Made by a program: the position numbers and the translations under genes
Shown here: positions 10,685 to 19,855 of the stretch, piece after piece
Position numbering within the stretch: the first letter of the stretch is position 1
How the letters are laid out: each line of letters opens with the position of its first letter
Notes under the pieces: model-generated
The model's database searches: none
What the model saw: the letters and a program-made list of their open reading frames with translations, nothing else
What the model was told of the DNA's origin: nothing
Assembly: GCA_964291655.2 (NCBI GenBank)
Contig: OZ219801.1
Location: 160,001-224,000, forward strand
Length of the DNA stretch: 64,000 nucleotides
Direction: 5' to 3'
From: Chloroflexota bacterium
GTDB taxonomy: Bacteria; Chloroflexota; UBA11872; VXOZ01

Positions 10685-12310
10685 TCAACATTCAAGCACT
10701 TGCTTCCCTACAGAATCCAGCCAAGCCTTGTTCCAGGCTATGCGCCACTTCCCCCTCGTCTCAATCGTAGAATCCAAAATATCTGGCGCTCTAAGGCGAC
10801 TGATCCTCTGAAGTCTCACTGTACAGACCAAGTCGTCACCAAGACCGAAAATTGAGAGCCTTCGCCGCCGGTAATCTCGTCTGAATACGTTGATTTGAGC
10901 ATAACCAATCGGCAGCAATCCCGCGAAGCTAAAGGAGCTTGTTCTACGCGCATTTCTCTTACCATTCTTGACAATGCGCCCACAGTTGTCACGGATAATA
11001 CCTACCAGTTCTTGATCGGCAACTCCCTCAAGCACGACACTGCCCCACAAAACGGCACCCCAAGAGTTACGGTGCACGGTGGCGGATCTACAATGCATTA
11101 ATGGTTTTCCTAAACTCTCCCTAAACTTCTGGACGGCAATTGGAATAGTGATGCGAAAGCTCGTAGTGTAAGTGTCCACCTTAGCGAGTAAAGCAGGCAA
11201 CTTAGGTCGAGGCTCATAATAGAAGATATTGTCTTCAAGAACTCCCTGATACGCCGAAAGAGTATCTGCTCCACTTTCTCGCAAATCCCTTAGCTTTTCC
11301 CCGTCAAAGGCCGCCCAGCCCTGTAATGCCTTACGCGAGTGCAGCGAGAAAAAGTATCGGTCGTATCCTGGCGCCAGACTCTCACTCAGAATGCCACTTT
11401 GGACAGTTGACCAGAACACTTTCCACTTGTCCCGCGAATCTGGCCTCGCATAGATAGTCAACTGCGATCCACCAGCGATCTCAGCTTCGACGCAACCTTC
11501 AATTGCCCACCAGGGTGCCCTAGTATGTTCTTGAAGTACCTCAATCATGAACTCTCGCGGCCGCACGTAATCTTTACTCGGTGAATTAAGTAGGAACACT
11601 TTGAGCGCCGCAGCTATTCCATTGCATGAATCCAATAAGCCATCGAAGAGTTGGATCAAGTACCCTGTGTCGAGGGTTTCCTCATTTCCTTTCAGGTCGC
11701 GGTAGCGAATCCCTCGTTGTAGAAAAGTAATGCCACCGTGGGCGACGCCATTGCGGACTGTGTGTTGATAATATTCACTTAGATGCTCTTCACTTTGGCC
11801 CTCTATTTCGTCAACAATCGACCAGACATTTAACCCACTTACACACTTACCGCGATGTAGCCGGGAAAAGTAGGCTAAGGGCCGAAGAAGTGGAGTAAAG
11901 ACCCCCTCCACCAATCGTAGGTACGCTGGGTGGACATGTTTGTCGATCACTCTGATCAAGTCATATTCGTCTCCCTCAGAAAGGCGGCCGTCGTGCCATC
12001 CTTCCATGTTTAGTTCCCTAAGGAAGAGCAATGCACGATTGATCTCTAAACTGAACTGAGCGAGGTATTTCCTCAGTTGTTTCGAACATATCTGATCCTG
12101 TCTTTGGAGCCAGTACAGATAAGTCTCATAGGCATCTCTATCGAAGAATTTCTCGGGACGGCTGTGAAGATATCGCCGTAGTACCAAAGAGTGATGCTCT
12201 GATTCTGCGCCTAGTATGGTGAATACTCTAAGGATACGCGCTATATCGCGTTGATCTCGTTCCTTAGTAAGTGGGTTTTGAATTTTATCTAAAAGCTTCT
12301 CATTTAGCAT
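10685..12310 (-). CDS. Hypothetical 541-aa protein with HEPN-like RNGVAH motif
   Basis: Long uninterrupted ORF in visibly AT-richer DNA; R-x4-H motif at 11738-11755. Confidence 0.7.
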   Translation of the reverse strand: MLNEKLLDKIQNPLTKERDQRDIARILRVFTILGAESEHHSLVLRRYLHSRPEKFFDRDAYETYLYWLQRQDQICSKQLRKYLAQFSLEINRALLFLRELNMEGWHDGRLSEGDEYDLIRVIDKHVHPAYLRLVEGVFTPLLRPLAYFSRLHRGKCVSGLNVWSIVDEIEGQSEEHLSEYYQHTVRNGVAHGGITFLQRGIRYRDLKGNEETLDTGYLIQLFDGLLDSCNGIAAALKVFLLNSPSKDYVRPREFMIEVLQEHTRAPWWAIEGCVEAEIAGGSQLTIYARPDSRDKWKVFWSTVQSGILSESLAPGYDRYFFSLHSRKALQGWAAFDGEKLRDLRESGADTLSAYQGVLEDNIFYYEPRPKLPALLAKVDTYTTSFRITIPIAVQKFRESLGKPLMHCRSATVHRNSWGAVLWGSVVLEGVADQELVGIIRDNCGRIVKNGKRNARRTSSFSFAGLLPIGYAQINVFRRDYRRRRLSIFGLGDDLVCTVRLQRISRLRAPDILDSTIETRGKWRIAWNKAWLDSVGKQVLEC

Positions 12311-12732
12311 TTGTCAACAACCAACAAGAGTGATGTTCGAAGAGTGAGTCACGAGAAACCGCAACAAATGAAGCATTTGAACAATCAGTGACCCGAGAGA
12401 CTCTAGTCTCTGCCACAACCATGCGACAGCCACCTTGAAGTAGTCGCTCGAATCGCCTCTTGCTATTTCCATTGCAGTCCAAAGATCGTGAACATTGTAG
12501 ACGGTGGAATTCTCCAACAGGTGGTTAGAGCCTGGCTAAATTGAGGAACGCCGAGTACCGGAATCATGTGTGTATTGTGTACCACGTTTAGTTAGAAATA
12601 CAAGCAGTTGTTGGCTTAAGAATCTGATTGTACAATGATTCTTGGAGGGAATTTTCTCTCGCCTCAAATACGATCAGGGTTAGGAGAAAGCAAAATAGCA
12701 CTCCTCTCTGCTTCTGCCGCTGCTAATGTGAC

Positions 12733-15700
12733 TTGATGTTCCGTAAGTTTGGGCGCCTTATCGTGCCCCTTCGCATCCCGTTGCTTGTCTTTTGGATCGC
12801 TCTGGCGCTTATCCTCGGCTTTACGGCGCCATCTATCAGTGACGTCGGATCTTCCGATCAGACGAGCTTTCTCCCCGATTCTGCCAGGTCCATCGCTGCC
12901 CGCACATTGGAAGCTGAGGAATTCGCAGCGAGCGGCAGTGCCAGTTTCGGTCTGTTGGTTCTCACCCGCGAGGGCGGACTCACCGCGGCGGACCGTGGGT
13001 TCGCCGAATCTATCCACAATTGGCTGCTCTCCCCTCAGGGCCCTGCCATCGTGCAGGATGTGGTCTCGATTTACAGCCGTCCCGAGCAGGAAAGCACGCT
13101 TGTCAGCGCCGATGGCGCTGCCATGCTGCTCCAGGTCAACTTCACCGTTGAAGCCTTTCAGCCGGTGGTGGACGAGGCGACGTACGCTATCCGTGAGCGG
13201 GTGCAGCAAGGCAGGCCCGACGGCCTGGCCGTGCATTTCACTGGAGAGGCCGGGCTGGGCACAGACCTGGTCGATAGCATCGTCGAGAGCACGGACCGCA
13301 CAACCATTGTTACGATTTTTCTCGTAATCGGCTTGCTGTTCTTCATCTATCGTGCGCCGCTGGCAATCCTCATTCCCCTCATTACTATTTCGCTAGCATT
13401 TCTTGTCTCCCGTGGCATCCTGGGGTACCTGGCTCAGTTTGGCTGGCAAGTTTCATCTTTGCTCGATTCCTATATGGTGGTGCTCGTCTTCGGCGCCGGC
13501 ACGGACTATTCGCTATTCTTCATTTCAAGATTCCGGGAAGAACTCGCCAAGCATTCGGCCTATGAAGCAGCGGTGCGCTCTGTGCAGCGCATCGGCACAG
13601 TGATAGCGGCGAGCGCCATAACGACAATGGTCGGACTTTCGGCGCTAGGCATGGCACGATTTGGCCTGGTCCAGACGATGGGGCCCGGTTTGGCGCTTTC
13701 TGTAGGCATCACTCTGCTTGCCGGACTAACGCTAACACCGGCCCTGCTTTCCATCTTTGGCCGCTATCTCTTCTGGCCGCGCAAGACGAGCGTCGAGAAT
13801 ACGCAGCCGTCCACCTTCTGGGTACGTGTGAGCAATCTGGTTGCCAGGCGGCCGTTAGTCTCTGTGATTCTCATCACCGTGCTACTGGCAATTCCTTACC
13901 TCGGGCTACTCCAGTATCGAGAGAGTCTCGCTTTAACTGCATCTCTACCTAAGACCACAGATTCACGCCAGGGCTTCGATGCAATTGCCAATCACTTCCC
14001 GCGAGGAGAGTTTGCTCCTGCAGTGGTGCTGCTCCGGCTTCCGTCGAGCGCAGACGTCACATCTACTCCCTTCTTACGTGCCGTTGCTACGTTGCAAGAT
14101 GAACTTCTGGAGATTGATGGGGTAGATCTGACGCGCAGTTTCATTGATCCTGTTGGCGACGGGTCTGCATCTGCAGCATTCACGGTAACGGGACAGCTCG
14201 ACCAGATTGCGGCATCATTGCGGGACCCTCAAGCAGACGCAAGTGGTGATCCAGCACGCCGGCTCAATGAAGCATCGGCTCTAGTCGACGATCTACAACG
14301 GTATGTGGACGAGTTGGCAGTCGCCTTCCCCGACGTGGCGCAAGCCGCGCAGTTCTCCCAAACCCGAGAAGCGCTCGCTCGTCTGTCCACAACCACTTCC
14401 GCGCTCCACGCCCAGGCACATCCGGCCACGCAGCTACGGCAGTTGGCAGCACAGTTGCGCCAGCCTCCGCCAACGCAGAGTCCGGCCGACCCGTCCGAAG
14501 CGTTTGCTCCTGTGACCCGCTATCTAGCGGAATTGTCTCAGGCGTTTCCGGATGTGTCCGCACAGACTGCTTACGGGGAAGCAACCGAGCTTCTCGAAGG
14601 AATTCAACAGCTAGCGCAGGACGCGCCGGCGCCAGCCAATCTCTCTGCTCAACAGCGAGCGGCGCTGCAGTCTCAATTACAAGATTCTGCCGGTGGCGTG
14701 GCTGCCCAACTCGATCTACTCGCCGGATTCTTCGCCGAAAAGCCGGAGGCGGTGTTTTTCCCAAGCGACGCAGCGCAGGAATTGGGGGAGAACCCCACTG
14801 TAGGAGCGACAACCAGCCTAGCGGAGGCCCTTTCAGCATTGCGCAATGTCTTCGCGGCAAATCCTTACCCTTACTTCATTCCAGCGTCGCTACCCGATGT
14901 GGAGCAGGCTGCCAACGCTGTCATGCCGCTATTCATCTCAGAGGATTCAAAGACAGTCAGACTCTTCGTCATTCTCAATGAAGACCCGCAAAGCGCAGAT
15001 GCCATCTCTACGCTGGAAAGAGTTCGGCAGACAGTTGAGCAGAACAATGACGGCCCACTGGCTTCGGCCCAGGTTTTCTTAAGCGGCGCCACTGCCGAGG
15101 TCGCTGACGTCCAGCGCGTGATCCATCAAGACCTGCAAACGGTGGGGGTGGTGACCGTAGTAGGCATCTTTGCCGTACTCGCCATTCTCCTGCGCAGCCT
15201 CGTTGCCCCCCTCTATTTGGTTGGAACCGTAGTCTTTTCCTACGGCAGCAGTCTAGGACTTTCCACGCTCTTCTTCCAAGGGTTGCTCGGCCACGAGGGT
15301 GTGTACTACCTGTTGCCGTTGACGGTAATGGTCATGCTCATTGCGCTCGGGGCGGACTATAACGTTTTCTTGGTTCACCGCATTCGGGAAGAAAGTGCGA
15401 CATTGCCCCTGCGTGAGGGCGTACGCGTGGCCTCAGCGCGCACCGGGGCAATAATCACGGCCGCTGGAGTCATCCTCGCCGGTACCTTTGCCGCGCTCAC
15501 GGCGTCCCCGCTGCAGATGCTCTTTCAGATGGGTGCGGCTGTTGCGCTGGGCATCCTCATCGATGCGCTGGTCGTACGCTCGCTGCTCGTGCCGGGAATT
15601 GTTACGCTGATAGGCAGCGCGAACTGGTGGCCGGCATCCATTCGCGCAAACTGGTGGCCGCTCCTTCCCGCCGGTTCAAAGATCCCGCTCGGAAGTGAGC

Positions 15701-16128
15701 AAGGCCTTGCGCGAGTTGTCGTTTATTCCGCCGTAGCCGTGATCATCGCCGTGACGTTTGCCACCCGCAGCCTCTGGTATCCCGCTTCGACGGTCGCAAC
15801 AGCGCAGGCAGCCACCCACACAGACGATCTGCAATCCACGGTACCGACAGCGACACCCCAATTACTCGTAGTGCCGCCGACACCAGTGGCCGAAACCACC
15901 CCAACACCAGCACCCACACCTAGCCCCCAATTGACTACAACGCCTTCGCCTACGCCGCTTCCACCACCTGTGCCGAGAGAGTACGTCGTACAGCCTGGCG
16001 ATAAGCTCACCGCAATTGCCCTGGAGTTTGGCGTCACAGTGAGTGCGCTTGCAGAGTATAACGGGATTGAGGATCCCAACGCGATTTCCGCCGGTCAGCG
16101 CCTGCTCGTCCCGCCCACAGCACCGTAG
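12733..16128 (+). CDS. MMPL (RND superfamily) transporter with C-terminal Pro/Thr linker and LysM domain
   Basis: FGAGTDYSLF..SRFREE and ALGADYNVFL..RIREE (two MMPL repeats), GPGLA, LLVPGIV..NWWP; C-terminal YVVQPGDKLTAIA...YNGIEDPNAISAGQRLLVP. Confidence 0.9.
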   Translation: MMFRKFGRLIVPLRIPLLVFWIALALILGFTAPSISDVGSSDQTSFLPDSARSIAARTLEAEEFAASGSASFGLLVLTREGGLTAADRGFAESIHNWLLSPQGPAIVQDVVSIYSRPEQESTLVSADGAAMLLQVNFTVEAFQPVVDEATYAIRERVQQGRPDGLAVHFTGEAGLGTDLVDSIVESTDRTTIVTIFLVIGLLFFIYRAPLAILIPLITISLAFLVSRGILGYLAQFGWQVSSLLDSYMVVLVFGAGTDYSLFFISRFREELAKHSAYEAAVRSVQRIGTVIAASAITTMVGLSALGMARFGLVQTMGPGLALSVGITLLAGLTLTPALLSIFGRYLFWPRKTSVENTQPSTFWVRVSNLVARRPLVSVILITVLLAIPYLGLLQYRESLALTASLPKTTDSRQGFDAIANHFPRGEFAPAVVLLRLPSSADVTSTPFLRAVATLQDELLEIDGVDLTRSFIDPVGDGSASAAFTVTGQLDQIAASLRDPQADASGDPARRLNEASALVDDLQRYVDELAVAFPDVAQAAQFSQTREALARLSTTTSALHAQAHPATQLRQLAAQLRQPPPTQSPADPSEAFAPVTRYLAELSQAFPDVSAQTAYGEATELLEGIQQLAQDAPAPANLSAQQRAALQSQLQDSAGGVAAQLDLLAGFFAEKPEAVFFPSDAAQELGENPTVGATTSLAEALSALRNVFAANPYPYFIPASLPDVEQAANAVMPLFISEDSKTVRLFVILNEDPQSADAISTLERVRQTVEQNNDGPLASAQVFLSGATAEVADVQRVIHQDLQTVGVVTVVGIFAVLAILLRSLVAPLYLVGTVVFSYGSSLGLSTLFFQGLLGHEGVYYLLPLTVMVMLIALGADYNVFLVHRIREESATLPLREGVRVASARTGAIITAAGVILAGTFAALTASPLQMLFQMGAAVALGILIDALVVRSLLVPGIVTLIGSANWWPASIRANWWPLLPAGSKIPLGSEQGLARVVVYSAVAVIIAVTFATRSLWYPASTVATAQAATHTDDLQSTVPTATPQLLVVPPTPVAETTPTPAPTPSPQLTTTPSPTPLPPPVPREYVVQPGDKLTAIALEFGVTVSALAEYNGIEDPNAISAGQRLLVPPTAP

Positions 16129-16514
16129 CGCCACTCAGTGCCGCAAGTTGATAACAGTTCAGAGTTAGAGTCGCCTGCATTGGGCACCGTACGCTTGCGA
16201 AACACGTCTCTTGCCTCCAAGTGCCGGGCGTATCTCCGTACCTGCATTGAGACATACCTCCAGAATTCTCTCAGCTCTAAACTCTTCCACGGGGCGCGAT
16301 TCTTGGGCTTGCCTCGGAGATTCCCACGAGACCTACGCACGGTACAGCTCTCGGCGCGGGTTGACTCATTGTGTCCTGCATCTAAGCGAGCTCGTCTCGG
16401 TCCTTTCAGTCCCAAGACCATATGTCTGTGATATTCTACCTGCTGAGACAACCTCTCTAAACGGTATTCAATGTCGAATTCAGGGGGGTTGGCCTATTAG
16501 GAGACAGTGCGGAC

Positions 16515-18413
16515 ATGGGATTCTTCGTCGACAGATGGCGGCGGATCGGAACACGATTATACATAGCTTTGGGCTTCGCGGTAATCCTCACCCTCGTATC
16601 CGGCGCGGTAGGAGTCTTCTACTTTGAGCAGAGTGGTGACCTAAACTTCCAGGTGCGGTCAGAATCCGTGCCGGCGTTAGAGGCGTCTTGGACTGTGGCT
16701 CAGGAGTCCGAGCGCTTGCGCAATGTGGGGCTGGGTCTGGCAGCAGGGCCCGATTCTGGGCTTCAGGGCTTGGCAAGGGGCACCGTGGCCGATTCACTGG
16801 CGCGAATTGACTCGGCATTGGATGTAGTAAACGGCGTACCGGACCTATCCCCGGATGCCCAGGCCGTAAGCGATGCGGCCTACGATCTGGCGGATGCAAT
16901 TGATAGTCTCGGCCGCAGCCGTGAGGCATTGATTAGTACAAATCAGGTTGCCGCCGATTATCGATTGATTCTGGCGACGGCCCGGTCGAATGTCGGCGAG
17001 TCGGAGGCAGCATTGTCGGTATTGCGACAGGTGCTGGAAGCCGAGGGCGAAACCGAGTTGCAGCGGCTGTGGGATGAGTTTGTAAGGCTGCATGCGCAGG
17101 GCATTGACCCTTCGGTGGCGACTCTGGGTGAAGGCGAAGGGGTATTCTACGTCCGCAGCCTTCAGTTGGCCTTGACCGCAAACATTAAAGACTTAACGGC
17201 TTCCTTCGACGCGTCAAGTGTGGCATTGGAAAATGCCGTCGCAAGTCTGCTGGCGGCATCCCGCGCCCACTCTGCAGAATCGCTCGGACAAGCGGTGAGC
17301 AGCTTCGATGAGGGACGGACATTATTGACGGGAATTAGCGTGATAAGCGTGATAGCAGCTACGCTTGCTGCCTGGCTATGGGTGGGCAACGGCATGGTGC
17401 GGCGACTCTCACGTATGTCGGAGCGCATGCGGCACATGGCCGACGGAGACTTGGAAACGCCCGTTCCGGAAGTGGGGCGGGATGAGATCGGGGAGCTTGC
17501 CAACGCTTTGGAAGTCTTCCGAGAGCAAGCACTGGAAGTGCAACGTCTCAACCTGGTTGAAAAGCTCTACGAAGAGTTGCGCCAGACCAATGCGGAATTA
17601 AAACGTGCCCAAGCCCGATTGATTGCTCAGGAAAAACTGGCCGCACTCGGAGAATTAGTATCGGGTGTTGCCCATGAAATCAGGAACCCGCTAAACTTTG
17701 TCAATAATTTTTCCGAAGGGACACTGGAGCTTTACAACGAACTTACCGAAATGTTGGACACGTATCGCGACAGAATGTCGGCAGACGATACGGCGTTGCT
17801 GGATGACATTGGCGAGGAAATGACCGCTAGTCTGAATCGTGTCCTATCAAACGGAGGACGCGCCTTGGCAATCGTGGAGCGTATGCGGGGACTGGGAGTG
17901 GTAGGTGGAGAACCGGTCGTCACAGAGTTGAACGGCCTGGTGCGGGACGCGGTGCAGTCCGGCGTAAACAGCTTTACCGCTGAAGCTCAGGGCTTTTCCG
18001 TACGGACTGAATTTGACCTGGATCCGGCGGTGGGAGAATTGTCGCTCGTAGAAACGGATTTTGGCGAAGCAATGCTCAACATCGTCAGAAACGCCTGCTA
18101 TGCGATGCAACTAAGGCAAGAAGCCTCAGAGGATGACTATGAACCGAACCTGGCCGTTTCTACCCAGGTGGTTGGCGACGTAGCCGAAATCCGGGTACGT
18201 GATAACGGCACGGGCATTACTGAAGACGTGCTCGGTCAGATTTTCAATCCATTCTTTTCAACGCGGGAAGGTGTATCCGGGGCCGGATTGGGCCTTCCTA
18301 TCGCCGCAGACGTGGCCAGGCGACTGGGTGGCGACCTTGCGGTGGACTCGGTGCACGGAGAGTACACAGTGTTCACCATGACCTTGCCCCTAAGCGTGCC
18401 TGCTCCGGTTTAG
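16515..18413 (+). CDS. Membrane sensor histidine kinase (2 TM, HAMP, HisKA, HATPase)
   Basis: GRDEIGELANAL (HAMP), GVAHEIRNPLNF (H box), NIVRNA, DNGTGI, IFNPFFST, GAGLGL. Confidence 0.93.
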   Translation: MGFFVDRWRRIGTRLYIALGFAVILTLVSGAVGVFYFEQSGDLNFQVRSESVPALEASWTVAQESERLRNVGLGLAAGPDSGLQGLARGTVADSLARIDSALDVVNGVPDLSPDAQAVSDAAYDLADAIDSLGRSREALISTNQVAADYRLILATARSNVGESEAALSVLRQVLEAEGETELQRLWDEFVRLHAQGIDPSVATLGEGEGVFYVRSLQLALTANIKDLTASFDASSVALENAVASLLAASRAHSAESLGQAVSSFDEGRTLLTGISVISVIAATLAAWLWVGNGMVRRLSRMSERMRHMADGDLETPVPEVGRDEIGELANALEVFREQALEVQRLNLVEKLYEELRQTNAELKRAQARLIAQEKLAALGELVSGVAHEIRNPLNFVNNFSEGTLELYNELTEMLDTYRDRMSADDTALLDDIGEEMTASLNRVLSNGGRALAIVERMRGLGVVGGEPVVTELNGLVRDAVQSGVNSFTAEAQGFSVRTEFDLDPAVGELSLVETDFGEAMLNIVRNACYAMQLRQEASEDDYEPNLAVSTQVVGDVAEIRVRDNGTGITEDVLGQIFNPFFSTREGVSGAGLGLPIAADVARRLGGDLAVDSVHGEYTVFTMTLPLSVPAPV

Positions 18414-18490
18414 GAGCGGGGAATTAGTCTAGCTGAACACGATTGCCACTCGCGAACTAATCAATGCTGGTAATCGCGATTCCTGCAATC

Positions 18491-19573
18491 CTATTGGCGC
18501 CTGCGCAGAATCAAGTATCCGAAGACTGATACTGCAAAGATGCTTGCAAGACCTTGAATAACCATCAGCGTTATCCTTCTCCGTGGCGTGGACGCAATGC
18601 CACCCAAGGTATTGCGGATACGAGGAACAGTGTTGCTAATGACTGGAGCGGCCAGCCGCTGCAAGTCGCGTTGCACAGGCTGCACCACCGGCTCGGCTGT
18701 TGGGAGAGCGGCAGTTGCTGTCGCAGAAACGGCGGCGGGCTCCGGCGTAGGCGTGGCGGCAACATTGTTACCAACCGTTCCGGCAGTCTCAGCAGTGGGC
18801 TCAGCAATCAATGCAACCGTGGGAACAGCAATCAATGCTGGTGTGGGTGTCGGAGTCGGTGTAGGCGTCGGGGTTGGCGTTGGCGTCGGAGTGGGAGGGA
18901 TAGGTGTTGGGATTGGTGTAGGCGTTGGTACTGGCGAAGGCGTTGGAGAGGGCGTAGGGACTGGTGTCGGCCTGGGTGTAGGGCTCGGAGTCGGTGGCGG
19001 TTCCGGTGTTGCCGTTGGAGCGGGCCTCCGCGTCGGAACGGGACTAGGAGTAGGTGAAGCACTTGGTGTCGGCGATGGTGTTGGCGTCGGAGTAGGAGTC
19101 GGCGTCGGCGTCGGAGTAGGAGTAGGTGTTGGTTCGGAAGTGGGAGTAGGCGGTGGTGGCGGGGGCGGCGGCGGCTCCACGTTATCATCATCGAAGAGGC
19201 CGCACCATGATCTGGGATCGGAACCGCAACTAAACTGACACTCAGATCCCCCGTCACTGACGGCACACCCCCTCAACGGTCCCAGCGGATTGGCAGGGAC
19301 TATTGGCAGACCTCTACTGTCGCAGCCGGTTGTAGCACTATTGCTGCTTCCTCCTTCTTCAGCGTAATAGTACTTACACTCTAAGGACACTGGGGCGCCA
19401 ACACGGACTGCATAGCTCATTGCGGCTGTGGAAAACGCAATTACAATGATCAGGCCGCAGATGGCTAGCTTCCTGCTTTCCACTCCCCAGACGCCCATGT
19501 GATTCATTCGTGACAAAAGTGTATGCGGTGTCGTGCCAGCAAAGGGTCTGAGGCGCCGGAGGAAGTTCATCAC
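18491..19573 (-). CDS. Pro/Thr-rich membrane-anchored surface protein with Cys-rich N-terminal domain; start uncertain
   Basis: Signal-like hydrophobic stretch, six-Cys domain, long (PT)n stalk, C-terminal TM ending LRRRQ. Confidence 0.7.
   Translation of the reverse strand: MMNFLRRLRPFAGTTPHTLLSRMNHMGVWGVESRKLAICGLIIVIAFSTAAMSYAVRVGAPVSLECKYYYAEEGGSSNSATTGCDSRGLPIVPANPLGPLRGCAVSDGGSECQFSCGSDPRSWCGLFDDDNVEPPPPPPPPPTPTSEPTPTPTPTPTPTPTPTPTPSPTPSASPTPSPVPTRRPAPTATPEPPPTPSPTPRPTPVPTPSPTPSPVPTPTPIPTPIPPTPTPTPTPTPTPTPTPTPALIAVPTVALIAEPTAETAGTVGNNVAATPTPEPAAVSATATAALPTAEPVVQPVQRDLQRLAAPVISNTVPRIRNTLGGIASTPRRRITLMVIQGLASIFAVSVFGYLILRRRQ
18840..19172 (-). repeat. Low-complexity coding repeat (poly-Pro and Pro-Thr)
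   Basis: Degenerate 6-nt periodicity encoding PPPPPPPP-(PT)n. Confidence 0.8.
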
Positions 19574-19855
19574 TCTTTTAGCTCACACAATGACTTGAAG
19601 AAGTGCCGACACTCTAGCTGTCAAAGACATGATACACTTCAATGCGGATCGCTCGGTCCCCCAACCCTTCTTCGGAGCATAGCTACCCGACTTACATGCT
19701 CCGCCAGCACGGAATTCGTACGCAATTATTGTATCGGCAATGCCGCCTCCCGGCCTATCGAAACTAAGTCCCCGCCTCTCACCTGCTCCGTTGCCCAGAG
19801 TCATCTTGCATTATACTATCGGCACGGGAGGCTTTTCCCTTAGGCGGAGGCTGGT

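Noticed and set aside
12314-12517. 67-aa ORF just upstream of the HEPN-like gene as a possible antitoxin
   Set aside because: Weak start codon, no clear RBS and no recognisable motif; cannot be supported.
16095-16627. Several 70-140 aa ORFs between the MMPL gene and the kinase
   Set aside because: They overlap each other and real genes, and lack protein-like features.
18588-19238. Gly-Val repeat ORF and apparent tandem array
   Set aside because: Antisense reading of the Pro-Thr repeat; no constant repeat with unique spacers, so not CRISPR.
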